DNA of 64,000 nucleotides from Eledone cirrhosa. Taxonomy: Eukaryota. Shown piece after piece: positions 28,301-42,900 of this stretch (position 1 is its first letter; each line of letters begins with the position of its first letter). A program made the position numbers and the translations under genes. The stretch is from positions 37,572,001 through 37,636,000 of the forward strand of contig OZ024748.1 of the NCBI GenBank assembly GCA_964016885.1, given 5' to 3'. The notes under the pieces are model-generated. The model did no database searches, was not told the origin of the DNA, and worked only from the letters and a program-made list of their open reading frames with translations.

Positions 28301-31300
28301 TACCTCTAGATCTAGTATGACAATGTCAGTGTCAGTGTTAACTACCTCTAGATCTAGTATGACAACGTCAGTGTCAGTGTTAACTACCTCTAGATCTAGT
28401 ATGGCAATGTCAGTGTCAGTGTTAACTACCTCTAGATCTAGTATGACAACGTCAGTGTCAGTGTTAACTACCGCTAGATCTAGTATGGCAATGTAAGTGT
28501 TAATTAGCTCTAGATCTAGTATGACAATGTCAGTGTCAGTGTTAACTACCTCTAGATCTAGTATGACAATGTCAGTGTCAGTGTTAACTACCTCTAGATC
28601 TAGTATGACAATGTCAGTGTCAGTGTTAACTACCTCTAGATCTAGTATGACAATGTCAGTGTCAGTGTTAACTACCTCTAGATCTAGTATAACAATGTCA
28701 GTGTCAGTGATAACTACCTCTAGATCTATTATGACAATGTCAGTGTCAGTGTTAACTACCTCTAGATCTATTATGACAATGTCAGTGTCAGTGTTAACTA
28801 CCTCTAGATCTAGTATAACAATGTCAGTGTCAGTGATAACTACCTCTAGATCTAGTATGACAATGTCAGTGTCAGTGTTAACTACCTCTAGATCTAGTGT
28901 GACAATGTTAGTGTCAGTGTTAACTACCTCTAGATCTAGTATGACAATGTTAGTGTCAGTGTTAACTACCTCTAGATCTAGTATGGCAATGTCAGTGTTA
29001 ACTACCTCTAGATCTAGTATGACAATGTTAGTGTCAGTGTTAACTACCTCTAGATCTAGTATGGCAATGTCAGTGTCAGTGTTAACTACCTCTTGATCTA
29101 GTATGACAATGTCAGTGTCAGTGTTAACTACCTCTAGATCTAGTATGATAATGTCAGTGTCAGTGTTAACTACCTCTAGATCTAGTATGACAATGTCAGT
29201 GTCAGTGTTAACTACCACTAGATCTAGTATGTCAACGTCAGTGTCAGTCTTAACTACCTCTAGATCTAGTGTGACAATGTTAGTGTCAGTGATAACTACC
29301 TCTAGATCTAGTGTGACAATGTTAGTGTCAGTGATAACTACCTCTAGATCTAGTATGACAATGTTAGTGTCAGTGTTAACTACCACTAGATCTAGTATGA
29401 CAATGTCAGTGTCAGTGTTAACTACCTCTAGATCTAGTATGACAAAGTGTCAGTGTTAACTACCTCTAGATCTAGTATGACAATGTTAGTGTCAGTGTTA
29501 ACTACCACTAGATCTAGTATGACAATGTTAGTGTCAGTGTTGACTACCTCTAGATCTAGTATGGCAATGTCAGTGTCAGTGTTAACTACCTCTAGATCTA
29601 GTATGGCAATGTAAGTGTTAACTACCTCTAGATCTAGTATGACAATGTTAGTGTCAGTGTTAACTACCTCTAAATCTAGTATGACAATGTCAGTGTCAGT
29701 GTTAACTACCTCTAGATCTAGTGTGACAATGTTAGTGTCAATGTTACCTACCTCTAGATCTATTATGAAAATGTTAGTGTCAGTGTTACCTACCTCTACA
29801 TCTAGTATGACAATGTTAGTGTCAGTGTTAACTAGCTCTAGATCTAGTATGACAATGTTAGTGTCAGTGTTAACTACCTCTAGATCTAGTGTGACAATGT
29901 TAGTGTCAGTGTTAACTACCTCTACATCTAGTATGACAACGTCAGTGTCAGTGTTAACTACCTCTAGATCTAGTATAACAATGTCAGTGACAGTGATAAC
30001 TACCTCTAGATCTAGTATGACAATGTCAGTGTCAGTGTTAACTACCTCTAGATCTAGTATGACAATGTTAGTGTCAGTGTTAACTACCACTAGATCTAGT
30101 ATGTCAATGTCAGTGTCAGTGATAACTACCTCTAGATCTAGTATGACAATGTCAGTGTCAGTGTTAACTACCTCTAGATCGAGTGTGACAATGTTATTGT
30201 CAGTGTTAACTACCACTAGATCTAGTATGTCAATGTCAGTGTCAGTGTTAACTACCTCGAGATCTAGTATGACAATGTTAGTGTCAGTGTTAACTACCTC
30301 TAGATCTAGTATGACAATGTTAGTATCAGTGTTAACTACCTCTAGATCTAGTATGGCAATGTAAGTGTTAACTACCTCTAGATCTATTATGACAATGTTA
30401 GTGTCAGTGTTAACTACCTCTAGATCTAGTATGACGATGTTAGTGTCAGTGTTATCTACCTCTAGATCTAGTATGACAATGTTAGTATCAGTGTTAACTA
30501 CCACTAGATCTAGTATGGCAATGTCAGTGTTAACTACCTCTAGATCTAGTATGGCAATGTAAGTGTTAACTACCTCTAGATCTAGTATGACAATGTATGT
30601 GATAACTACCTCTAGATCTAGTATGGCAATGTATGTGATAACTACCTCTAGATCTAGGATGACAATGTTAGTGTCAGTGTTAACTACCTCTAGATCTAGT
30701 ATGGCAATGTCAGTGTTAACTACCACTAGATCTAGTATGACAATGTTAGTGTCAGTGTTAACTACCACCAGATCTAGTATGGCAATGTAAGTGTCAGTGT
30801 TAACTACCTCTCGATCTAGTATGGCAATGTAAATGTTAACTACCACCAGATCTAGTATGGCAATGTTAGTGTCAGTGTTAACTACCTCTAGATCTAGTAT
30901 GACAATGTTAGTGTCAGTGTTAACTACCTCTAGATCTAGTATGACAATGTCAGTGTCAGTGTTAACTACCTCTAGATCTAGTATGACAATGTTAGTGTCA
31001 GTGTTAACTACCTCTAGATCTAGTGTGACAATGTTAGTGTCAGTTATAACTACCTCTAGATCTAGTATGACAATGTTAGTGTCAGTGTTAACTACCACTA
31101 GATCTAGTATGACAATGTCAGTGTCAGTGTTAACTACCTCTAGATCTAGTATGACAAAGTGTCAGTGTTAACTACCTCTAGATCTAGTATGACAATGTTA
31201 GGGTCAGTGTTAACTACCACTAGATCTAGTATGACAATGTTAGTATCAGTGTTAACTACCACTAGATCTAGTATGGCAATGTCAGTGTCAGTGTTAACTA

Positions 31301-34300
31301 CCACTAGATCTAGTATGGCAATGTCAGTGTCAGTGTTACCTACCTCTAGATCTAGTATGACAATGTTAGTGTCAGTGTTAACTACTACTAGATCTAGTAT
31401 GACAATGTCAGTGTCAGTGTTCACTACCTCTAGATCTAGTATGACAATGTCAGAGTTAACTACCACTAGATCTAGTATGTAAATGTCAGTGTCAGTGTTA
31501 ACTACCTCTAGATCTAGTATGTAAATGTTAGTGTCAGTGTTAACTACCACTAGATCTAGTATGTCAATGTCAGTGTCAGTGATAACTACCTCTAGATCTA
31601 GTATGACAATGTCAGTGTTAACTACCTCTAGATCGCGTGTGACAATGTTAGTGTCAGTGTTAATTACCACTAGATCTAGTATGTCAATGTCAGTATCAGT
31701 GTTAACTACCTCTAGATCTAGTATGACAATGTTAGTGTCAGTGTTAACTACCTCTAGATCTAGTATGACAATGTTAGTATCAGTGTTAACTACCTCTAGA
31801 TCTAGTATGGCAATGTCAGACTTAACTACCTCTAGATCTAGTATGGCAATGTCAGTGTTAACTACCTCTAGATCTAGTATGGCAATGTAAGTGTTAACTA
31901 CCTCTAGATCTATTATGACAATGTTAGTGTCAGTGTTAACTACCTCTAGATCTAGTATGACAATGTTAGTGTCAGAGTTTACTACCTCTAGATCTAGTGT
32001 GACAATGTTAGTGTCAGTGGTAACTACCTCTAGATCTATTATGACAATGTCAGTGTCAGTGTTAACTACCTCTAGATCTAGTATGACAATGTCAGTGTCA
32101 GTGTTAACTACCTCTAGATCTATTATGACAATGTCAGTGTCAGTGTTAACTACCTCTAGATCTAGTATGACAATGTCAGTGTCAGAGTTAACTACCACTA
32201 GATCTAGTATGACAATGTCAGTGTCAGTGTTAACTACCTCTAGATCTAGTGTGAAAATGTTAGTGTCAGTGTTAACTACCTCTAGATCTAGTATGGCAAT
32301 GTCAGTGTCAGTGTTAACTACCTCTAGATCTAGTATGACAATTTTAGTGTCAGTGTTAACTACCTCTAGATCTAGTATGGCAATGTACGTGATAACTACC
32401 TCTAGATCTAGGATGACAATGTTAGTGTCAGAGTTTACTACCTCTAGATCTAGTGTGACAATGTTAGTGACAGTGTTAACTACCTCTAGATCTAGTATGA
32501 CAATGTTAGTGTCAGTGTTAACTACCTCTAGATCTAGTATGGCAATGTCAGTGTTAACTACCTCTAGATCTAGTATGACAATGTTAGTGTCAGTGTTAAC
32601 TACCACCAGATCTAGTATGACAATGTCAGTGTCAGTGTTAACTACCTCTCGATCTAGTATGGCAATGTAAATGTTAACTACCACCAGATCTAGTATGGCA
32701 ATGTTAGTGTCAGTGTTAACTACCTCTAGATCTAGTATGACAATGTTAGTGTCAGTGTTAACTACCTCTAGATATAGTATGACAATGTCAGTGTCAGTGT
32801 TAACTACCTCTAGATCTAGTATGACAATGTTAGTGTCAGTGTTAACTACCTCTAGATCTAGTGTGACAATGTTAGTGTCAGTGATAACTACCTCTAGATC
32901 TAGTATGACAATGTCAGTGACAGTGATAACTACCTCTAGATCTAGTATGACAATGTCAGTGTCAGTGTTAACTACCTCTAGATCTAGTATGACAATGTTA
33001 GTGACAGTATTAACTACCTCTAGATCTAGTATGACAATGTTAGTGTCAGTGTTAACTACCTCTAGATCTAGTATGGCAATGTCAGTGTTAACTACCACTA
33101 GATCTAGTATGACAATGTTAGTGTCAGTGTTAACTACCTCTAGATCTAGTATGACAATGTTAGTGTCGGTGTTAACTACCACCAGATCTAGTATGGCAAT
33201 GTCAGTGTCAGTGTTAACTACCTCTCGATCTAGTATGGCAATGTAAATGTTAACTACCACCAGATCTAGTATGGCAATGTTAGTGTCAGTGTTAACTACC
33301 TCTAGATCTAGTATGACAATGTTAGTGTCAGTGTTAACTACCTCTAGATCTAGTATGACAATGTCAGTGTCAGTGTTAACTACCTCTAGATCTAGTATGA
33401 CAATGTTAGTGTCAGTGTTAACTACCTCTAGATCTAGTGTGACAATGTTAGTGTCAGTGATAACTACCTCTAGATCTAGTATGACAATGTTAGTGTCAGT
33501 GTTAACTACCACTAGATCTAGTATGACAATGTCAGTGTCAGTGTTAACTACCTCTAGATCTAGTATGACAAAGTATCAGTGTTAACTACCTCTAGATCTA
33601 GTATGACAATGTTAGTGTCAGTGTTAACTACCACTAGATCTAGTATGACAATGTTAGTATCAGTGTTAACTACCACTAGATCTAGTATGGCAATGTCAGT
33701 GTCAGTGTTAACTACCACTAGATCTAGTATGGCAATGTCAGTGTCAGTGTTACCTACCTCTAGATCTAGTATGACAATGTTAGTGTCAGTGTTAACTACC
33801 ACTAGATCTAGTATGACAATGTCAGTGTCAGTGTTAACTACCTCTAGATCTAGTATGACAATGTCAGAGTTAACTACCACTAGATCTAGTATGTCAATGT
33901 CAGTGTCAGTGTTAACTATCTCTAGATCTAGTATGACAATGTTAGTGGCAGTTTTAACTACCACTAGATCTAGTATGTCAATGTCAGTGTCAGTGATAAC
34001 TACCTCTAGATCTAGTAGGACAATGTCAGTGTTAACTACCTCTAGATCTAGTATGGCAATGTCAGTGTCAGTGTTAACTACCTCTAGATCTAGTATGACA
34101 ACGTCAGTGTCAGTGTTAACTACCTCTAGATCTAGTATGACAATGTCAGTGTCAGTGTTAACTACCTCTAGATCTAGTATGACAACGTCAGTGTCAGTGT
34201 TAACTACCTCTAGATCTAGTATGGCAATGTCAGTGTCAGTGTTAACTACCTCTAGATCTAGTATGACAACGTCAGTGTCAGTGTTAACTACCGCTAGATC

Positions 34301-36977
34301 TAGTATGGCAATGTAAGTGTTAACTAGCTCTAGATCTAGTATGACAATGTCAGTGTCAGTGTTAACTACCTCTAGATCTAGTATGACAATGTCAGTGTCA
34401 GTGTTAACTACCTCTAGATCTAGTATGACAATGTCAGTGTCAGTGTTAACTACCTCTAGATCTAGTATGACAATGTCAGTGTCAGTGTTAACTACCTCTA
34501 GATCTAGTATAACAATGTCAGTGTCAGTGATAACTACCTCTAGATCTATTATGACAATGTCAGTGTCAGTGTTAACTACCTCTAGATCTATTATGACAAT
34601 GTCAGTGTCAGTGTTAACTACCTCTAGATCTAGTATAACAATGTCAGTGTCAGTGATAACTACCTCTAGATCTAGTATGACAATGTCAGTGTCAGTGTTA
34701 ACTACCTCTAGATCTAGTGTGACAATGTTAGTGTCAGTGTTAACTACCTCTAGATCTAGTATGACAATGTTAGTGTCAGTGTTAACTACCTCTAGATCTA
34801 GTATGGCAATGTCAGTGTTAACTACCTCTAGATCTAGTATGACAATGTTAGTGTCAGTGTTAACTACCTCTAGATCTAGTATGGCAATGTCAGTGTCAGT
34901 GTTAACTACCTCTTGATCTAGTATGACAATGTCAGTGTCAGTGTTAACTACCTCTAGATCTAGTATGATAATGTCAGTGTCAGTGTTAACTACCTCTAGA
35001 TCTAGTATGACAATGTCAGTGTCAGTGTTAACTACCACTAGATCTAGTATGTCAACGTCAGTGTCAGTCTTAACTACCTCTAGATCTAGTGTGACAATGT
35101 TAGTGTCAGTGATAACTACCTCTAGATCTAGTGTGACAATGTTAGTGTCAGTGATAACTACCTCTAGATCTAGTATGACAATGTTAGTGTCAGTGTTAAC
35201 TACCACTAGATCTAGTATGACAATGTCAGTGTCAGTGTTAACTACCTCTAGATCTAGTATGACAAAGTGTCAGTGTTAACTACCTCTAGATCTAGTATGA
35301 CAATGTTAGTGTCAGTGTTAACTACCACTAGATCTAGTATGACAATGTTAGTGTCAGTGTTGACTACCTCTAGATCTAGTATGGCAATGTCAGTGTCAGT
35401 GTTAACTACCTCTAGATCTAGTATGGCAATGTAAGTGTTAACTACCTCTAGATCTAGTATGACAATGTTAGTGTCAGTGTTAACTACCTCTAAATCTAGT
35501 ATGACAATGTCAGTGTCAGTGTTAACTACCTCTAGATCTAGTGTGACAATGTTAGTGTCAATGTTACCTACCTCTAGATCTATTATGAAAATGTTAGTGT
35601 CAGTGTTACCTACCTCTACATCTAGTATGACAATGTTAGTGTCAGTGTTAACTAGCTCTAGATCTAGTATGACAATGTTAGTGTCAGTGTTAACTACCTC
35701 TAGATCTAGTGTGACAATGTTAGTGTCAGTGTTAACTACCTCTAGATCTAGTATGACAACGTCAGTGTCAGTGTTAACTACCTCTAGATCTAGTATAACA
35801 ATGTCAGTGACAGTGATAACTACCTCTAGATCTAGTATGACAATGTCAGTGTCAGTGTTAACTACCTCTAGATCTAGTATGACAATGTTAGTGTCAGTGT
35901 TAACTACCACTAGATCTAGTATGTCAATGTCAGTGTCAGTGATAACTACCTCTAGATCTAGTATGACAATGTCAGTGTCAGTGTTAACTACCTCTAGATC
36001 GAGTGTGACAATGTTATTGTCAGTGTTAACTACCACTAGATCTAGTATGTCAATGTCAGTGTCAGTGTTAACTACCTCGAGATCTAGTATGACAATGTTA
36101 GTGTCAGTGTTAACTACCTCTAGATCTAGTATGACAATGTTAGTATCAGTGTTAACTACCTCTAGATCTAGTATGGCAATGTAAGTGTTAACTACCTCTA
36201 GATCTATTATGACAATGTTAGTGTCAGTGTTAACTACCTCTAGATCTAGTATGACGATGTTAGTGTCAGTGTTATCTACCTCTAGATCTAGTATGACAAT
36301 GTTAGTATCAGTGTTAACTACCACTAGATCTAGTATGGCAATGTCAGTGTTAACTACCTCTAGATCTAGTATGGCAATGTAAGTGTTAACTACCTCTAGA
36401 TCTAGTATGACAATGTATGTGATAACTACCTCTAGATCTAGTATGGCAATGTATGTGATAACTACCTCTACATCTAGGATGACAATGTTAGTGTCAGTGT
36501 TAACTACCTCTAGATCTAGTATGGCAATGTCAGTGTTAACTACCACTAGATCTAGTATGACAATGTTAGTGTCAGTGTTAACTACCACCAGATCTAGTAT
36601 GGCAATGTAAGTGTCAGTGTTAACTACCTCTCGATCTAGTATGGCAATGTAAATGTTAACTACCACCAGATCTAGTATGGCAATGTTAGTGTCAGTGTTA
36701 ACTACCTCTAGATCTAGTATGACAATGTTAGTGTCAGTGTTAACTACCTCTAGATCTAGTATGACAATGTCAGTGTCAGTGTTAACTACCTCTAGATCTA
36801 GTATGACAATGTTAGTGTCAGTGTTAACTACCTCTAGATCTAGTGTGACAATGTTAGTGTCAGTGATAACTACCTCTAGATCTAGTATGACAATGTTAGT
36901 GTCAGTGTTAACTACCACTAGATCTAGTATGACAATGTCAGTGTCAGTGTTAACTACCTCTAGATCTAGTATGACAA
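22334..36977. repeat. 5.4-5.8 kb higher-order repeat made of blocks A (1694 bp), B (1712 bp) and C (variable, 2012 or 2414 bp), about 2.6 copies
   Basis: Spacings between 38-mer markers run 1694, 1712, 2012, 1694, 1712, 2414, 1694, 1712. Near-identical 548-aa translations (22322, 27740, 33560) and 554-aa translations (24016, 29434, 35254) match these blocks. Confidence 0.9.
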
Positions 36978-39900
36978 AGTGTCAGTGTTAACTACCTCTA
37001 GATCTAGTATGACAATGTTAGTGTCAGTGTTAACTACCACTAGATCTAGTATGACAATGTTAGTATCAGTGTTAACTACCACTAGATCTAGTATGGCAAT
37101 GTCAGTGTCAGTGTTAACTACCACTAGATCTAGTATGGCAATGTCAGTGTCAGTGTTACCTACCTCTAGATCTAGTATGACAATGTTAGTGTCAGTGTTA
37201 ACTACTACTAGATCTAGTATGACAATGTCAGTGTCAGTGTTCACTACCTCTAGATCTAGTATGACAATGTCAGAGTTAACTACCACTAGATCTAGTATGT
37301 AAATGTCAGTGTCAGTGTTAACTACCTCTAGATCTAGTATGTAAATGTTAGTGTCAGTGTTAACTACCACTAGATCTAGTATGTCAATGTCAGTGTCAGT
37401 GATAACTACCTCTAGATCTAGTATGACAATGTCAGTGTTAACTACCTCTAGATCGAGTGTGACAATGTTAGTGTCAGTGTTAATTACCACTAGATCTAGT
37501 ATGTCAATGTCAGTATCAGTGTTAACTACCTCTAGATCTAGTATGACAATGTTAGTGTCAGTGTTAACTACCTCTAGATCTAGTATGACAATGTTAGTAT
37601 CAGTGTTAACTACCTCTAGATCTAGTATGGCAATGTCAGACTTAACTACCTCTAGATCTAGTATGGCAATGTCAGTGTTAACTACCTCTAGATCTAGTAT
37701 GGCAATGTAAGTGTTAACTACCTCTAGATCTATTATGACAATGTTAGTGTCAGTGTTAACTACCTCTAGATCTAGTATGACAATGTTAGTGTCAGAGTTT
37801 ACTACCTCTAGATCTAGTGTGACAATGTTAGTGTCAGTGGTAACTACCTCTAGATCTATTATGACAATGTCAGTGTCAGTGTTAACTACCTCTAGATCTA
37901 GTATGACAATGTCAGTGTCAGTGTTAACTACCTCTAGATCTATTATGACAATGTCAGTGTCAGTGTTAACTACCTCTAGATCTAGTATGACAATGTCAGT
38001 GTCAGAGTTAACTACCACTAGATCTAGTATGACAATGTCAGTGTCAGTGTTAACTACCTCTAGATCTAGTGTGAAAATGTTAGTGTCAGTGTTAACTACC
38101 TCTAGATCTAGTATGGCAATGTCAGTGTCAGTGTTAACTACCTCTAGATCTAGTATGACAATTTTAGTGTCAGTGTTAACTACCTCTAGATCTAGTATGG
38201 CAATGTACGTGATAACTACCTCTAGATCTAGGATGACAATGTTAGTGTCAGAGTTTACTACCTCTAGATCTAGTGTGACAATGTTAGTGACAGTGTTAAC
38301 TACCTCTAGATCTAGTATGACAATGTTAGTGTCAGTGTTAACTACCTCTAGATCTAGTATGGCAATGTCAGTGTTAACTACCTCTAGATCTAGTATGACA
38401 ATGTTAGTGTCAGTGTTAACTACCACCAGATCTAGTATGACAATGTCAGTGTCAGTGTTAACTACCTCTCGATCTAGTATGGCAATGTAAATGTTAACTA
38501 CCACCAGATCTAGTATGGCAATGTTAGTGTCAGTGTTAACTACCTCTAGATCTAGTATGACAATGTTAGTGTCAGTGTTAACTACCTCTAGATATAGTAT
38601 GACAATGTCAGTGTCAGTGTTAACTACCTCTAGATCTAGTATGACAATGTTAGTGTCAGTGTTAACTACCTCTAGATCTAGTGTGACAATGTTAGTGTCA
38701 GTGATAACTACCTCTAGATCTAGTATGACAATGTCAGTGACAGTGATAACTACCTCTAGATCTAGTATGACAATGTCAGTGTCAGTGTTAACTACCTCTA
38801 GATCTAGTATGACAATGTTAGTGTCAGTGTTAACTACCACTAGATCTAGTATGTCAATGTCAGTGTCAGTGATAACTACCTCTAGATCTAGTTTGACAAT
38901 TTCAGTGTCAGTGTTAACTACCTCTAGATCGAGTGTGACAATGTTATTGTCAGTGTTAACTACCACTAGATCTAGTATGTCAATGTCAGTGTCAGTGTTA
39001 ACTACCTCGAGATCTAGTATGACAATGTTAGTGTCAGTGTTAACTACCTCTAGATCTAGTATGACAATGTTCGTGATAACTACCTCTAGATCTAGGATGA
39101 CAATGTTAGTGTCAGAGTTTACTACCTCTAGATCTAGTGTGACAATGTTAGTGACAGTGTTAACTACCTCTAGATCTAGTATGACAATGTTAGTGTCAGT
39201 GTTAACTACCTCTAGATCTAGTATGGCAATGTCAGTGTTAACTACCTCTAGATCTAGTATGACAATGTTAGTGTCAGTGTTAACTACCACCAGATCTAGT
39301 ATGACAATGTCAGTGTCAGTGTTAACTACCTCTCGATCTAGTATGGCAATGTAAATGTTAACTACCACCAGATCTAGTATGGCAATGTTAGTGTCAGTGT
39401 TAACTACCTCTAGATCTAGTATGACAATGTTAGTGTCAGTGTTAACTACCTCTAGATATAGTATGACAATGTCAGTGTCAGTGTTAACTACCTCTAGATC
39501 TAGTATGACAATGTTAGTGTCAGTGTTAACTACCTCTAGATCTAGTGTGACAATGTTAGTGTCAGTGATAACTACCTCTAGATCTAGTATGACAATGTCA
39601 GTGACAGTGATAACTACCTCTAGATCTAGTATGACAATGTCAGTGTCAGTGTTAACTACCTCTAGATCTAGTATGACAATGTTAGTGTCAGTGTTAACTA
39701 CCACTAGATCTAGTATGTCAATGTCAGTGTCAGTGATAACTACCTCTAGATCTAGTTTGACAATTTCAGTGTCAGTGTTAACTACCTCTAGATCGAGTGT
39801 GACAATGTTATTGTCAGTGTTAACTACCACTAGATCTAGTATGTCAATGTCAGTGTCAGTGTTAACTACCTCGAGATCTAGTATGACAATGTTAGTGTCA

Positions 39901-42900
39901 GTGTTAACTACCTCTAGATCTAGTATGACAATGTTAGTATCAGTGTTAACTACCTCTAGATCTAGTATGGCAATGTAAGTGTTAACTACCTCTAGATCTA
40001 TTATGACAATGTTAGTGTCAGTGTTAACTACCTCTAGATCTAGTATGACGATGTTAGTGTCAGTGTTATCTACCTCTAGATCTAGTATGACAATGTTAGT
40101 ATCAGTGTTAACTACCACTAGATCTAGTATGGCAATGTCAGTGTTAACTACCTCTAGATCTAGTATGGCAATGTAAGTGTTAACTACCTCTAGATCTAGT
40201 ATGACAATGTATGTGATAACTACCTCTAGATCTAGTATGGCAATGTATGTGATAACTACCTCTAGATCTAGGATGACAATGTTAGTGTCAGTGTTAACTA
40301 CCTCTAGATCTAGTATGGCAATGTCAGTGTTAACTACCACTAGATCTAGTATGACAATGTTAGTGTCAGTGTTAACTACCACCAGATCTAGTATGGCAAT
40401 GTAAGTGTCAGTGTTAACTACCTCTCGATCTAGTATGGCAATGTAAATGTTAACTACCACCAGATCTAGTATGGCAATGTTAGTGTCAGTGTTAACTACC
40501 TCTAGATCTAGTATGACAATGTTAGTGTCAGTGTTAACTACCTCTAGATCTAGTATGACAATGTCAGTGTCAGTGTTAACTACCTCTAGATCTAGTATGA
40601 CAATGTTAGTGTCAGTGTTAACTACCTCTAGATCTAGTGTGACAATGTTAGTGTCAGTGATAACTACCTCTAGATCTAGTATGACAATGTTAGTGTCAGT
40701 GTTAACTACCACTAGATCTAGTATGACAATGTCAGTGTCAGTGTTAACTACCTCTAGATCTAGTATGACAAAGTGTCAGTGTTAACTACCTCTAGATCTA
40801 GTATGACAATGTTAGTGTCAGTGTTAACTACCACTAGATCTAGTATGACAATGTTAGTATCAGTGTTAACTACCACTAGATCTAGTATGGCAATGTCAGT
40901 GTCAGTGTTAACTACCACTAGATCTAGTATGGCAATGTCAGTGTCAGTGTTACCTACCTCTAGATCTAGTATGACAATGTTAGTGTCAGTGTTAACTACT
41001 ACTAGATCTAGTATGACAATGTCAGTGTCAGTGTTCACTACCTCTAGATCTAGTATGACAATGTCAGAGTTAACTACCACTAGATCTAGTATGTAAATGT
41101 CAGTGTCAGTGTTAACTACCTCTAGATCTAGTATGTAAATGTTAGTGTCAGTGTTAACTACCACTAGATCTAGTATGTCAATGTCAGTGTCAGTGATAAC
41201 TACCTCTAGATCTAGTATGACAATGTCAGTGTTAACTACCTCTAGATCGAGTGTGACAATGTTAGTGTCAGTGTTAATTACCACTAGATCTAGTATGTCA
41301 ATGTCAGTATCAGTGTTAACTACCTCTAGATCTAGTATGACAATGTTAGTGTCAGTGTTAACTACCTCTAGATCTAGTATGACAATGTTAGTATCAGTGT
41401 TAACTACCTCTAGATCTAGTATGGCAATGTCAGACTTAACTACCTCTAGATCTAGTATGGCAATGTCAGTGTTAACTACCTCTAGATCTAGTATGGCAAT
41501 GTAAGTGTTAACTACCTCTAGATCTATTATGACAATGTTAGTGTCAGTGTTAACTACCTGTAGATCTAGTATGACAATGTTAGTGTCAGAGTTTACTACC
41601 TCTAGATCTAGTGTGACAATGTTAGTGTCAGTGGTAACTACCTCTAGATCTATTATGACAATGTCAGTGTCAGTGTTAACTACCTCTAGATCTAGTATGA
41701 CAATGTCAGTGTCAGTGTTAACTACCTCTAGATCTATTATGACAATGTCAGTGTCAGTGTTAACTACCTCTAGATCTAGTATGACAATGTCAGTGTCAGA
41801 GTTAACTACCACTAGATCTAGTATGACAATGTCAGTGTCAGTGTTAACTACCTCTAGATCTAGTGTGAAAATGTTAGTGTCAGTGTTAACTACCTCTAGA
41901 TCTAGTATGGCAATGTCAGTGTCAGTGTTAACTACCTCTAGATCTAGTATGACAATTTTAGTGTCAGTGTTAACTACCTCTAGATCTAGTATGGCAATGT
42001 ACGTGATAACTACCTCTAGATCTAGGATGACAATGTTAGTGTCAGAGTTTACTACCTCTAGATCTAGTGTGACAATGTTAGTGACAGTGTTAACTACCTC
42101 TAGATCTAGTATGACAATGTTAGTGTCAGTGTTAACTACCTCTAGATCTAGTATGGCAATGTCAGTGTTAACTACCTCTAGATCTAGTATGACAATGTTA
42201 GTGTCAGTGTTAACTACCACCAGATCTAGTATGACAATGTCAGTGTCAGTGTTAACTACCTCTCGATCTAGTATGGCAATGTAAATGTTAACTACCACCA
42301 GATCTAGTATGGCAATGTTAGTGTCAGTGTTAACTACCTCTAGATCTAGTATGACAATGTTAGTGTCAGTGTTAACTACCTCTAGATATAGTATGACAAT
42401 GTCAGTGTCAGTGTTAACTACCTCTAGATCTAGTATGACAATGTTAGTGTCAGTGTTAACTACCTCTAGATCTAGTGTGACAATGTTAGTGTCAGTGATA
42501 ACTACCTCTAGATCTAGTATGACAATGTCAGTGACAGTGATAACTACTTCTAGATCTAGTATGACAATGTCAGTGTCAGTGTTAACTACCTCTAGATCTA
42601 GTATGACAATGTTAGTGTCAGTGTTAACTACCACTAGATCTAGTATGTCAATGTCAGTGTCAGTGATAACTACCTCTAGATCTAGTTTGACAATTTCAGT
42701 GTCAGTGTTAACTACCTCTAGATCGAGTGTGACAATGTTATTGTCAGTGTTAACTACCACTAGATCTAGTATGTCAATGTCAGTGTCAGTGTTAACTACC
42801 TCGAGATCTAGTATGACAATGTTAGTGTCAGTGTTAACTACCTCTAGATCTAGTATGACAATGTTCGTGATAACTACCTCTAGATCTAGGATGACAATGT

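Noticed and set aside
22334-36977. Programmed frameshifting or frame restoration by three -4 deletions per higher-order unit
   Set aside because: Each deletion is followed within a few codons by a stop in both readable frames, and there is no slippery heptamer. The three-per-unit count reflects block structure.
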